Program-made: the position numbers and the translations under genes | The notes under the pieces: generated by a model | Database searches by the model: none | Told to the model about the DNA's origin: nothing | What the model saw: the letters and a program-made list of their open reading frames with translations, nothing else | Origin: Schmidtea nova | Lineage: Eukaryota | Length of the DNA: 64,000 nt | NCBI GenBank assembly: GCA_044892505.1 | Contig: CM097884.1 | Coordinates: forward strand, 14,260,001-14,324,000 | Direction: 5' to 3' | Shown here: piece by piece, positions 47,565 through 59,188 of the stretch | Layout: every line of letters starts with the position of its first letter | Position numbering within the stretch: position 1 is the first letter of the stretch

Positions 47565-50500
47565 CTACCCTCCACGCTCTCTCAGCCAATTACTTAAAGA
47601 CTCATTTATTAGTCGAGCCGCAATGTCAATTAACTTATCAAGCTTGTCTGACTTTGTAAATGCATGAATACTGATCTCTGAAACAACGTAGGTTAGAATT
47701 ATTAGCACTACTTCTTTATCGATCCCATTTTCGATCAACTTTTCTATTACTTCACAGTTACAAAAGCTATCCTCTTTGCCCAATTTCCGCACTACTCCTG
47801 GAAGTCTGATTTTCACTTCATCTACTATTCCTTTCAATTCCTCTTCCGTTTCTGTCTCTATTTTTAGGATTGGGTATACGACTCCAACCAAATTTCTTAT
47901 TACGTCACTTGTTTCTTCAACTTCCTGCTCTAATTTTACTAAGGTTTTCTTCATCTCATACAATGTTCTAGTCTTCGTATTCGCACTTTTTATTTCACCT
48001 TTTTCGATATTCGTATCTTCAATAACTGCCATTTCTGCTGTCTGAGCATTATTATTAACCCTCTTTTCCCCCTTATAATCATCAGTAACTATTTCAATTT
48101 CGCTTTCCTTTATTTCTTCTGTTTGCTCATCTGTGTCTGAAAATTCAACTTTGTCAAGCATCCTCGAATTATATTCTTTATTTGCGATTATGCGATTTAT
48201 CAAATACCCTTGACTTCCATTAGTACTTAAATACCCATATTCATCCAGTTCCTGTGGCACACATCCGTAGTCATATAAATATTCATCGTCATCCAATTCT
48301 TCCCCTTTATATCTCAGCACTATAATTCCATCTTTACCTAACATTTCCGCAGCTCTTTTACGCACTTTTCGAACTTTCGTACACCAGTGTTCCTCTACAT
48401 ACTCAGTTTTCCCAATATCTTCATATTCTATTGCAATTGTTAACGAATTTAACTCAACTCTATCTTTTCTAAGCTCTTTACCCAATTTTCTCATTATTCT
48501 CTTTAAACATTGTCTATATCCCGTTCTTCTAAACAAACAGGGTCGTATCGCATTAGCAAGTTCTAATTTTTCCTTTTGCCCAAATTCAGATTCCTCTATT
48601 AATTTTACTATTTCTTTAATTTCGTTTTCGTCACCAATACATAAAACATCATTTAGCTCCTTTACTATTTGCATCGGATCACTTCTTGTCATTTCACTGT
48701 TACTCATCATACTGGCTATTTGTAATTCATTTTTGTTCCCTGGTATAAGACCACAATCTATTAAATATTCATCATTTTCTAAATCTCTATTTTTAAACTT
48801 TAATTCGACTACCCAGCCTTCACATTTCTCTCTTAGTCTCCTTTTTAAATCTTTTACGCGATCATAGGCTTCACAACGACAAGTAATCACATTTTTATCA
48901 TTTTCATTAACAACATCAATAGAAATAAAATCTAACCATTTATTTTCTCGAAACGCTTTCCCAAATTTTCTCATCAATTCTTTAATTTCTTCTCTATTTG
49001 TTACATTTATTTGATAATAATTAGCACACAAATTAATCACGCCTTTCAATTTTCTCATACTTAACGACATTTGACTCAGGCTTTTAACCGATACCAATAT
49101 TTTAGATGATTCTTCCACGCTAGCTTCTAGTAATTTCTCAAGTCTTTTCATCATCATGGTAGCCTTTTCGCTTTCCAAATCGTCTTTTGTACACCCAGTT
49201 GTCGTGTCAGCTTCTGTCATGTCTTGCTGCGATCCATACATCATGTGATTATCCAATTCATCATCAGATTCAAACTTGGACATTAAACGATCTAAACGTC
49301 GACCCATTTCTTTCACTTGGTTTTCAATCTTTTCATTGAAATCATCTGATTGAACAAAAGCCACGTTGTCTGTCTGCAGTTTATCATTTTGAAATCTTAT
49401 TGATTTTTTTAATATAGGTTTCTGAAATTTGTCGACATTCCTCGGGCATGATCTAGCCATGTGTCCATACCCTCTACATGAATGACATTGAATTTGACCT
49501 TGAAGGTTCACTCTATCTCTTTGTGGGGATGGCGAAGTTGATGGAGACCTCGATCTAGCAAAACAATTCCGAGAGACATGTCCTTTCCTTCCACAATTGT
49601 AACATTGCACATTATCGTTATTACGCTGATCATTAAAATTTAGTTTATTGAAACTTTTCTCACCATTACCCTTCAACCAATCTGGCCACATTCGTTTTGG
49701 GCTTCGTTGAACGTTGTTTTTAGACCAGCATTGATTGCTGTTATGTCCCATCCTTTGACAATAATCACACTGAATTGGAGTTGGACTTTTTGGAGACCTA
49801 TTTTTGAACCAACATTGATTAACATGATGTCCTATTCGTTGGCAATGGCTGCATTGAATTGGCCTCTCTTTTTCATCAATTTGAACATTTGTTGATTTAT
49901 TTGGCTCAAATCTTTGTCTAAACGTTGGTGATGGACTAATTGATTGCTGAAGCCGATTGTTTTTGACTGGAGTTATGGACCGTTCTCTGGGTTCATTGAT
50001 GATGGCAAACGATTCTGATTTTGGCTGTGAACTTTTCAGATTTAACTCAATTTTCATCGCCTTTTTGATTAACTCATCAAAGTTATTGAAGTCCACATAA
50101 CATAATGCCTTTTTGATCTCCTTTTTGACTCCCGTTAAGAACTGGTCTTGTAGCAATTCTTTCACCTGCTTTGCCACTTCAATCTGTTCCGGCTTTACTT
50201 CGAATGCTTTCTCTGCAAGAGTAGTCAAGTGGTACGCAAATTCACTTACCGATTCCTCTGATTTTTGCACTCGATTATAGAACTTCTGCCGCATTATCCG
50301 TTTTATATCCCCTCCAATTAGTTTCGCGGCTAAGGCATCTTTCAATTTCGTCCAGTCATTCGCAATTGTTCTTTTGTCAATTTGTTGCCAGGCTTCTCTC
50401 GCTGCTCCCTTCAGATATAGTGGCAATCTTTGCACCATTGTCGCTTGGCTCCATCCATAGGCTGTGGCGTACATGTAGTAATCCGCCATAAAATCAACGA

Positions 50501-50648
50501 ATTCCACTGGATCACCGCCATACTGATTTACTGGCAGTTTCTGGCAGCTAGCATAGTCATTGCCATTGCCGTTGCTGGTGGACATGGGCGTATCATCCTG
50601 ATTGTTTGTATTACTCATTTTTGTTTCTGGTTGTTTATTACTTCTCAA
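47565..50648 (-). CDS. gag: Gag, 1027 aa, with 4 CCHC knuckles and an extended C-terminus with two ubiquitin-like domains
   Basis: Capsid-like LPLYLKGAAREAW...Q...ESVSEF...FLTG; four CX2CX4HX4C at 49450-49856; Ubl-like repeats at 48718-48930 and 48245-48450. Confidence 0.92.
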   Translation of the reverse strand: MRSNKQPETKMSNTNNQDDTPMSTSNGNGNDYASCQKLPVNQYGGDPVEFVDFMADYYMYATAYGWSQATMVQRLPLYLKGAAREAWQQIDKRTIANDWTKLKDALAAKLIGGDIKRIMRQKFYNRVQKSEESVSEFAYHLTTLAEKAFEVKPEQIEVAKQVKELLQDQFLTGVKKEIKKALCYVDFNNFDELIKKAMKIELNLKSSQPKSESFAIINEPRERSITPVKNNRLQQSISPSPTFRQRFEPNKSTNVQIDEKERPIQCSHCQRIGHHVNQCWFKNRSPKSPTPIQCDYCQRMGHNSNQCWSKNNVQRSPKRMWPDWLKGNGEKSFNKLNFNDQRNNDNVQCYNCGRKGHVSRNCFARSRSPSTSPSPQRDRVNLQGQIQCHSCRGYGHMARSCPRNVDKFQKPILKKSIRFQNDKLQTDNVAFVQSDDFNEKIENQVKEMGRRLDRLMSKFESDDELDNHMMYGSQQDMTEADTTTGCTKDDLESEKATMMMKRLEKLLEASVEESSKILVSVKSLSQMSLSMRKLKGVINLCANYYQINVTNREEIKELMRKFGKAFRENKWLDFISIDVVNENDKNVITCRCEAYDRVKDLKRRLREKCEGWVVELKFKNRDLENDEYLIDCGLIPGNKNELQIASMMSNSEMTRSDPMQIVKELNDVLCIGDENEIKEIVKLIEESEFGQKEKLELANAIRPCLFRRTGYRQCLKRIMRKLGKELRKDRVELNSLTIAIEYEDIGKTEYVEEHWCTKVRKVRKRAAEMLGKDGIIVLRYKGEELDDDEYLYDYGCVPQELDEYGYLSTNGSQGYLINRIIANKEYNSRMLDKVEFSDTDEQTEEIKESEIEIVTDDYKGEKRVNNNAQTAEMAVIEDTNIEKGEIKSANTKTRTLYEMKKTLVKLEQEVEETSDVIRNLVGVVYPILKIETETEEELKGIVDEVKIRLPGVVRKLGKEDSFCNCEVIEKLIENGIDKEVVLIILTYVVSEISIHAFTKSDKLDKLIDIAARLINESLSNWLRERGG

Positions 50649-50902
50649 TTCGTAATATGGTCGGTTTGGTACAACTTTTTCTCTTCTAAATTTTAATATA
50701 TCAATTATAAATTTTACCTTTTATTTTAATTTCAACAGTATAAATCTTTCCACAATTATCAACAAACTTTTATCAACCCTTGATTCGATTTACTGACTTT
50801 TTTCTTTTAATCAATTTCACAATTTCCAAACTTTTTAGCAACTTTTAATTTCTTTTTGCCAATAAATATTCGATTTCTTTTTGCAACGCTTCACCGACTT
50901 TG

Positions 50903-50920
50903 ATCACGTCGGGCTCACCA
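50903..50920 (-). promoter_or_regulatory. Primer-binding site, tRNA-Trp
   Basis: TGGTGAGCCCGACGTGAT, 4 nt after the 5-prime LTR; complements the metazoan tRNA-Trp 3-prime end (ATCACGTCGGGGTCACCA) at 17 of 18 positions. Confidence 0.85.
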
Positions 50921-50924
50921 AATA

Positions 50925-51789
50925 TGTTGGGTTATTGGTGTTAAGTCGGTAGTTTCTGACTCCGGTGTTCTCTTTCAATTACAAAATAAACAAGACCCAA
51001 CACAATAACTTTCTTTATTTGTCAATTGATCACAACTCTTTTTATCACAAAAAGTTACGCCGGTTCTGCACTCTTCGCGTGAGGGTAGAACACCCAATGG
51101 GATATCTCCCTCTCTGACACGCAATAGATTAAGTATAAACTCTACTTTTGGTTTTCTTTCGACGTCTCCTTCAAATGTCTTCTAACGATTTGATTCACGT
51201 TGCCTACTTTTATTCTTCAATCGGTTGGCCTCGAAACTTTGACTTTGACCCAATGGCAATTTCGGCACTTTGCTCTCCGTTTTTATACCATCTCTGTGTT
51301 GTCATTCTGTCGGTGTAATTGGATATTATCGAAGCCGCTCGCTTGTAATCGGATCTGATTAGCTCTGCTTGGTCGTAACTGGATATTTGTCGTTTATGGT
51401 TTTTCCGGCTCCCCCCCGGGGCATTCAATTTAATTTGATAGTTTAATGGCCTCGCTGATGCCCCGGGTTTCCCACATCGCTCGGATCTCCTACAAGCTCG
51501 GGTTTCCCACTAGCTCGGGCTTCCTATAGAAAAATTAATTATTTTAATTAATTTGTATTTTCCAATTATTTCCTTCTGGGGGTCCCTTTTTATTTTTATA
51601 TACCCATATTCGAATTCGTCTCGTTGTTTGGTATCCTCCCATACCAGTTTCCCCCGCTTAAACTTTATTTTAATTTTTTATAAATTTTTAATTAATGTTT
51701 GAACATTAATTATTATTTTTTTCAATTTTATATTTTTATTGATTTATGCAATTTTAAATTTATTTTCTGTGATTTTCACAACCCCAACA
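50925..51789 (-). repeat. 5-prime LTR (TATAAAA at 51281-51287, AATAAA at 51014-51019)
   Basis: Near-identical to 35184-36048; followed by the PBS. Confidence 0.97.
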
Positions 51790-52010
51790 ATTATTATGAT
51801 TAATGTAACTTCTTATTCTTCTTTTATCATGTTGGTTTAAAATTTCTTTCCTCCCACGCTTTAACTGCTTTAACGCTTAAACGGCTTTTTCAATTTTTTG
51901 TCAATTACTTATTAAAACCAGTCTGATTGTGTCTGTTTGGATCTACACCTATCGAAAAGTTATGAGTCCGCAATTACTCATCATTTACTTGTGAAAACGA
52001 AGACATTTGT
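51790..52010 (-). mobile_element. Tc1-like transposon, 5-prime part (HTH)
   Basis: GRKEILNQHDKRRIRSYINHN joins in frame across the TSD to NVVGVKSSASSIIEEF at 35183. Confidence 0.85.
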
Positions 52011-52153
52011 GTGTGCTAGCGTGTATACCTATTAAATTTTATTCTAAGTCAAAATCCCCTAGACAAGGACATTTTCAAAAATTTTCTAAGTCCGTTAAAC
52101 AAAGAACTTTTTCAAAAATTGTATTAGCTAACTCCCCTCCTCAATAGACAAAG

Positions 52154-52170
52154 ACATGTTATTATTTATA

Positions 52171-52217
<47 letters not shown>
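52154..52217. repeat. (TA)n microsatellite; others at about 54693-54741, 56425-56452, 57369-57413, 59110-59185, 61372-61416
   Basis: Direct reading. Confidence 0.95.
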
Positions 52218-52241
<24 letters not shown>

Positions 52242-52739
52242 TTTAATACATAAGACAACAAGCATGGCACTAAAATAATTAACAACAAACGCCAATCCAA
52301 ATATATATTTTGCACAATATATTTCGAGAACTTAATTCTCTTCATCAGGTGCTACCCAATCTCACATTCAAATATAAATCAAATAAATCGATTTTTTCGA
52401 ACAAATTAGTATTAATTTTTAAAATAAAATATATATTTTAAATTCTATTATAGTCAAAAAATTTTAATCGATTATAAATTTTTAAATTTAAATAAATTAA
52501 TCTTAAAAATATAATATTCTTTTATTTTTATAAAAAATATTTTTTTTAAGAATATATTATAAATATTTTGGGATTATCGGGCGAGTGGTATTTTATATGT
52601 ATTATTTATAATATTAAATTACATAATATTTTATATTTATTCATATTATTTTTATTCATACTAAATTTAAAAATTATTTTTATTATCTTTCTCAAAATTC
52701 ACAAATACTTTTTCCAGTTTTTTTGACACATTCAATACA

Positions 52740-54640
52740 AGTCACGCCCACAACCCCACTCAATCCACCATGTACAACAACGATTCTATCGCCACTCCCC
52801 CATCATATGTCCTAACGCGCTTTAACCACAAAACACGCCAAATCCCCATTTTCACGGATTTGCACACCGATATCGATTAATAGGATTAATAGGAATGCTT
52901 TTTACATGACGTACAATGGTTTCCCACTTTCTTCACCACTTTCACCCACTTTCATTTCCCACTTTCATCAACCACCAATGCTATCATAGAAATTCATTGC
53001 CGCGTTTTAGGAGGCGTTCGGCCCCCTACAGAACCGTCTTATTCATCCACTTCACGCCCAATTTTGTTCTTTTTGGGTCCCGACGGCACACCCTCGTTGT
53101 GGTTCCACATTTTCGAATGGCGCACGTCTTCCTTCCAGAAATCACGAGCCGATTACTTTCTTGACAGTTTACCCGCTGAGTTGATAGCCGAGCTTGCTCA
53201 GAAAATATCAGATGCCCTTTATTCTGATAGCCCATACGAGAACTTAAAAGGACTCATAGTAACCAAATACACCACATCGCAAACCCAAGCCCTACAAAAA
53301 TTATTAGCCCCACAACGTTACTCGGGCGAACAACCGAGCCAACGCGGCCATACCTGGACTCTCCAAAATTTTACACCTATTGACACACCAATTCCTTTCT
53401 GCACTGCCCCACCACCTACAAACTTCGCTTGCATTGTTCGACTCCGTAGACCCATATCATCTAGCAAAAATAGCTGACCGCATTTACGCATTTCAACCCC
53501 ACAAACCGCGCACTGATAATTACACACCACCACAACCATCTCCCATTGTTAACGCAACACATAAACCTGAAAACCACTACGCTAGCAACGTTGAAAGATA
53601 TCCCAACCATACACCGCCATTACATCTAGTACAACATCCCAACCGTCCACCGGCAACACGAGCACGTACAACCTAGTTACAACGCACCACTAATTTGCTA
53701 TTTCCACAGCCGATTTTGAAAACATGCACAGAAATGCTGCATTTGTTGCACTTCCGAATTACACAATTCTCATAACCCAGTCATTCCAATCTGTATCCAC
53801 CACCACCTGTTCAAGAACGAAGCCAAATTGTGCATCGAAGGATGAACATGGCACACCAGCAGTCACCACCATGCAAAAAATTAACTGAGTCATCGGATAT
53901 TCCTAGACGCTCCGATGACTTCCTGACAGTGAACACCTCTTCTCACAGCAAACCACGTCCAACGTACACAATATCAACTCCGCCAGTAAGCACCATCTCA
54001 GAAACAACCGCTACTCTCTCCACAGTACTATTTTCTCACACGACACCACCACCATAGCAATACAAGCACCAACACTAAAACAAGAACCAACCAGCACACC
54101 TTGCACAACACTAGCAACAACACCAACAACATTACCCGACACACCACACAGAGCACCATCCGCATCACTATCAGCAGCAACATTCACAAATTCCACAACT
54201 AACAATACCAGAAGCACAGCTCACATTTTCTGACGACGAAACCCGCACAAACTACACACACATTCTAGCACAGCCTCCACAAACCACATCTCCATCTCCA
54301 CTGTCAGCAACACTAACTACACCACTTTTAAACAGAATCCCTGGAAATTTCACCATCAACACCCAACTGTTCGAAGAATACGGTCAACCCAAACAACGCA
54401 CAATAACATTCCTCGCAGATACAGACTCGTCATATTCAATCCTACCCACCACCTTCACCGCAGACACACCCTGCTCATCCTCTGCCATTGCCGCGAAAAG
54501 TACACATATAAAGCTATCTGGTGCAAAAACAATCAAGTTTCGCCTCCCAAGTTTTTTTACTCCGATCCCTGAATCCGGTTTTGCATTACCCAAACGCTCC
54601 GCGTACTTCGGCGGGGGCTATTCTAGTGCCTCCGTCATAT
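52740..54640 (+). mobile_element. Truncated CsRn1/Kabuki-like Ty3/gypsy element (gag + protease)
   Basis: PSLWFHIFE, YENLKGLI...QKLL...GEQPSQ, LP..LQ..LA...LAKIADRI, CYFHSRF.KHAQKC, FLADTDSSYSILP; frameshifted. Confidence 0.8.
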
Positions 54641-54690
54641 TCGTATTTTAAATATTTATATATAAAGTAAATTAAATTAAATATTATATC

Positions 54691-54745
<55 letters not shown>

Positions 54746-54815
54746 CAAATATGAACATAATTATATAAAGGTTGTTTAAAAAAGCAAAAAGTAGCAGAAA
54801 TTCAAATCACAAGAT

Positions 54816-55100
54816 ATGAGCACTTATTATAGAATGAACGCAATTTTCTTCTTATTTCTAATCATTGTTATCACTACAGTTTCTGCAGCATATACGGATT
54901 ATCGATGCAAATGTGTTCGCAATTTACCAAACGATATGGAATTGAAATATTTCAGCTCTCCATTCATCATGCCTGATTTTGATGAAAAGAAAACGCATCC
55001 AACAACAATTCATTTTATATTTAATAAATATTTTTGGTTTATCTTTATTCGTTTAGTCGCGATAATACACATTGTCATGATATATCCTGATGAAAATTAA
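54816..55100 (+). CDS. 94-aa ORF with signal peptide; weak TMEM9-like N-terminus
   Basis: IFFLFLIIVITTVSA then YTDYRCKCV, similar to TMEM9 FEDVRCKCIC; remainder unrecognised. Confidence 0.3.
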   Translation: MSTYYRMNAIFFLFLIIVITTVSAAYTDYRCKCVRNLPNDMELKYFSSPFIMPDFDEKKTHPTTIHFIFNKYFWFIFIRLVAIIHIVMIYPDEN

Positions 55101-56422
55101 CTCTTTTCTAATAGAGTACTTTTGTATTGATTTCTCTCATTTCTCATTTCTCTTGCAATATTTATATACATTGATGATTCACAAATTTAAACAAATTACT
55201 ATTTCAGTAGATTCAATTGAATAGATGAACATTCTTTAAATAATTTGTTATGAATTTTTATTTTCTTTTATGAACTATTTTGAATATTTCTGGTTCATAA
55301 ATACAATTGGGTTTTCTTGTCAATTCATTTAAATCAATCGTCAAGCTAATGTCAACTGTTACTAAGTGATTGTAATTTAAAATATTATATTTTGTATGGT
55401 AAATCTCCAGCTAACAACGGTTGTTTGCACCCCATTATCCGACAGTTACCTGATCTGAAAAATATGATGGGAAACTTTTCGCTTCTATCTATAACTCGGG
55501 TTTTCCACCCGGGAATATCATGCTAGGAACTAAGTACTTACCTTTATAATTTATATTGCACAACATTTGATTTATATTTTCAAAGATGTGGTATTTATAG
55601 TAATTCCTTTTGAAAAATGCTCGAATTTAATTGGCTGACTGGTTACTATTGAAAACTAAATTGGATTTATTATTATAGATTAAAAGAACATCAACTACAA
55701 GTAATCTTATCTAAATCAGATGTTAATAAACACATTTCATAAAATTTCGTAAAAGAAATGTAATCGATTAACACCCGCTAGAAACCTTTAAATTAAATTT
55801 TCACCAATAAAGATATTTTTCATTGATAATTACCCAATTATTAATCATCACTCTGAATAACATTTTCATTCATAAGAATATCAACTTTTTACTTGACTTC
55901 CCATTTATAATTCCCCAATCTGAATATATCTTCCATAAAAATAAACTCTTTCAATAAAATTTCCCTTCTGAATTCCTACCCGTCAATGTATTTTACCCCT
56001 TATGATTTCATTTTAATAATTCTCCATTTTAATAAAAATACTCTATCAATGTATTTTACCCTTAAGTAATTTCCAACCTAACTGACATTTTCATTAAACG
56101 TTTCGTCATTTGAATCAGTTTACCATCAGTGTTATTTTACCCCCTTTGATATATTACTATCAATAGTTCCTGATTAATCCACTTTAAATGATCCAATAAA
56201 ACCTCATTGAGATCTATTCGATCGACATCCATATTCAAAATGGTGTAATTTCCGAGACCCAGTCTATCAAATCTTTAAAAAGACATTGATAAAGCTCCTC
56301 TGCCTTGGAAATTAAAATTTAAAATTTAAATTCTAAAAATAATGTTAAAAATGAATTCAAAATAATCAAAATTTACCATTTGTTGTTAAGTTGGAAATTT
56401 TATATATAAATGAAAAATAGCT

Positions 56423-56456
<34 letters not shown>

Positions 56457-57364
56457 ACACACACTTATTTGTCAACAAAATATTGGATGACAGTATAAAG
56501 CTTTTGTAAATATAAACCATCACAAAAGACGTTCTGCTACCAAGGTTCTGCTACTAAAGTTCTATTAGAAAGATCCTTGTTTATGCTGTATATTTTTATC
56601 ATTGTTATTGTTATTATCTTTATTATTGTTGTCATTATTATTATAAATATACCTTTGTTGACTACGAATAAATATACGTAGAACAAAACCAAATCACCAC
56701 AATCAACAACTTCCATGCAACCCCCCTGCAACCCTTCACACAACGAAACCCAAACAAAGAAAAAGCACATAACATTCAACAGCAGAAAAGCAATGAAAGA
56801 ATTTGACAAAAACGCGAATATCATCCCATACAAAAAGCTTTACAGTCAATGCCTCAAACAACACAACCCTACATAGCATGCAAACATATGATCGTTGTAA
56901 ATTTTTATATTTTTGTCGAGAGTTGTTAAACACAGTACAGAAAACATACGACACAACATAAAACACAAATTAAAATATGTACAGAACACGTTTTTTTGTA
57001 AATAGTGTAACCTCCGGTTTTAAAGGGGGAAGTTATGTTAATGCTGTATATTTTTATCATTGTCATTTTTATTATTGTTATTATCTTTATTGTTGTTATT
57101 ATTATTATTGTGACTGTGGCAATTATCGATGGGAGTGTCCTCGCGAACATTGGATAAACTCACTAAGTCTTATTTTTGTATGGCCCTATTGTTATTATTA
57201 TCTTCATCATGTAACAGCCATGACAAGAATAAATTCAAAATTAAAATAAATTCAAAAAATCGATCAATAACAATTACTATAGAATACGAAAAAAACAAAA
57301 AGTACTTGCCAAGCAGAAATTGATTAAAAAAGAAGATTGACAATTTAAAAAAAATTTTTAATGC

Positions 57365-57417
<53 letters not shown>

Positions 57418-57419
57418 AC

Positions 57420-57790
57420 ATATGTGTTATCGCGAGTGGCGGGGGTCTTCGAAAAAAGTTCGATCATAAGTCATCGCAAACATGGAAAAATAATTGTAAA
57501 TGTCTCTGTCTATATGCATGTATAAACAGTAACATGTCTAAGGGGGTCTTCAAAAAAATCAGAAACACAATCAGATTAGTTTCTAAAAGTGTGTATTTGA
57601 CAAAAAAATTGAAAAACCGTTAAAATTCCTTTGTTTCTATGACCTGGACCAACATTTCGACAAATCAGATCAAAGCAAAACCGATGAGCCATCGCAGGCT
57701 CACAACACTTTTGGATGGATGTTAAAATCTGCAAGGATGTGCCATCGAGTGCTCACTTCTGCCTACTAGTCTCTCGCATAAAGCAGTTCA
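57420..57790 (+). mobile_element. Internally deleted Tc1-like remnant related to 51790-52010
   Basis: acacaatcaga.t.gttt...ttgacaaaaaaattgaaaa shared with the 51880-51940 reverse complement; C-terminal W.NI...RRL...G motif. Confidence 0.4.
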
Positions 57791-58049
57791 TTTTTAAATA
57801 GATTTTATTTTTAGAAATTTATTTTATTTCATTTTCACATTATTTTACAATTTAAGAGCAAAATAAATAAAATTCAAGAAAAAATCACTTTGAAACAAAT
57901 TTTTATTTTCAATAAACTACAGCTCTATTCTTAATAAATAAGGATGATACCTAAATTGGAAAATATGTTGTTAAATTAATTTTAAATTGTAACATTGATA
58001 AAAGGAAACTGTAACGAAAGTAAGTAGCTATGTCAGCTCCAAGCGAAAT

Positions 58050-58545
58050 ATCTCAACTGTTTCCTAATTATTAAGTAATTCTCGAATTTTACAAAGCACT
58101 CACAATGTGACATAATTATTATACAATAATTATTGGTGTTTTACATAGCATGCACACTATGGCATCTTTGTAGCTGCGGTTGTTTAAGTAACTTTTTCTA
58201 TTTTTATCAGACATCCCCCATTACTAACGGGAATCTTTATCCTTCCACCGATAACAACAATTGCTATAGATGAATTCCTAGTGAATGATTCCACTTCAGT
58301 TGCACTAAACACAAATTTGGGTTTTCAAGTTTTATCCTCTTCTACAACCTCCAAAAATGTCTAGTAGTTAAAATTTGATTACCCCATTCTCTTTCTAAAT
58401 TGACATTCAAGCTTATGTTGCAAGCTTTGAAACAAGAGTTGTTGCCATGACAAAAAAATTATTGGCATCGGAAAATGACTGTGCTACTGTTTATCTTTTT
58501 AGTAAATAGTAGAGCATAATGCGACGAATATGAACTCGCATTTTT
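58050..58545 (-). mobile_element. Mos1-like mariner N-terminal remnant
   Basis: MRVHIRRIMLYY start resembles mariner HIRH.LLY.F; heavily decayed. Confidence 0.4.
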
Positions 58546-59106
58546 AATAACTAAAAAAGAAATAATATTTTAATGTAAATAAAATGTAAATAAAACTGCC
58601 AATTTTTCATAGACAAAATTTGTTTAAACCTAATAATTTATGTATGAGTAAATATTTTAAAGTAAAATTTGATATGTTTTACACAATTAACGAGTTTTGA
58701 ATAGAACACGCTGCTTTGGAACTATTGTGTAATGATTGTGTTTCACACTGTTACATCATTATTATGTAATAAATCCTAGTGTTTAACTTTATATATATAT
58801 AATGACATCATACTTACATAATCAAAGTCAAATTTCAAGGTCGCCCGAGGGTCAAGTTCGTTTGAGGTCAATTGTCAAGATCAGTTGTAGGCAAAAGGTC
58901 AACTTGTTTTAATTAAATCAATTTTTAACCGTTATTTTAAAATTTTTGTTTTAGTTTTAACCGCCATTATGAAATTTTTTTTAACTAAAATAAATATTTG
59001 ATTGAATTTTTAAGCACCATTTTCAAATTAAGTTATTGCCATTTAATTCAAGTTTTATAATTTTATTAGTATAATTTTTGTAAGTACACCTAAACATCAT
59101 TTTACG

Positions 59107-59188
<82 letters not shown>

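Larger units (their letters stand above)
35184..51789 (-). mobile_element. Full-length envelope-encoding Ty3/gypsy LTR retroelement (endogenous virus-like), 16.6 kb
   Basis: Two 865-bp LTRs, TG...CA with terminal IR TGTTGGG; 4-bp TSD ATTA; PBS; PPT; three intact ORFs. Confidence 0.97.

Noticed and set aside
47341-47589. Overlapping ORF across the gag/env junction as a frameshift route
   Set aside because: TTG start, terminates early in env, and gag and env-pol are already in the same frame
51210-51428. 72-aa ORF present in both LTRs (also 35469-35687)
   Set aside because: Non-ATG start, runs through the TATA box, no recognisable domain; identical only because it lies in the LTR
56537-57250. 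Duplicated tgctgtatatttttatcattgt + (TTA/TTG)n tracts and a short decayed ORF, possibly a Penelope/LINE tail
   Set aside because: No RT or endonuclease motif recognised; left as low-complexity repeat
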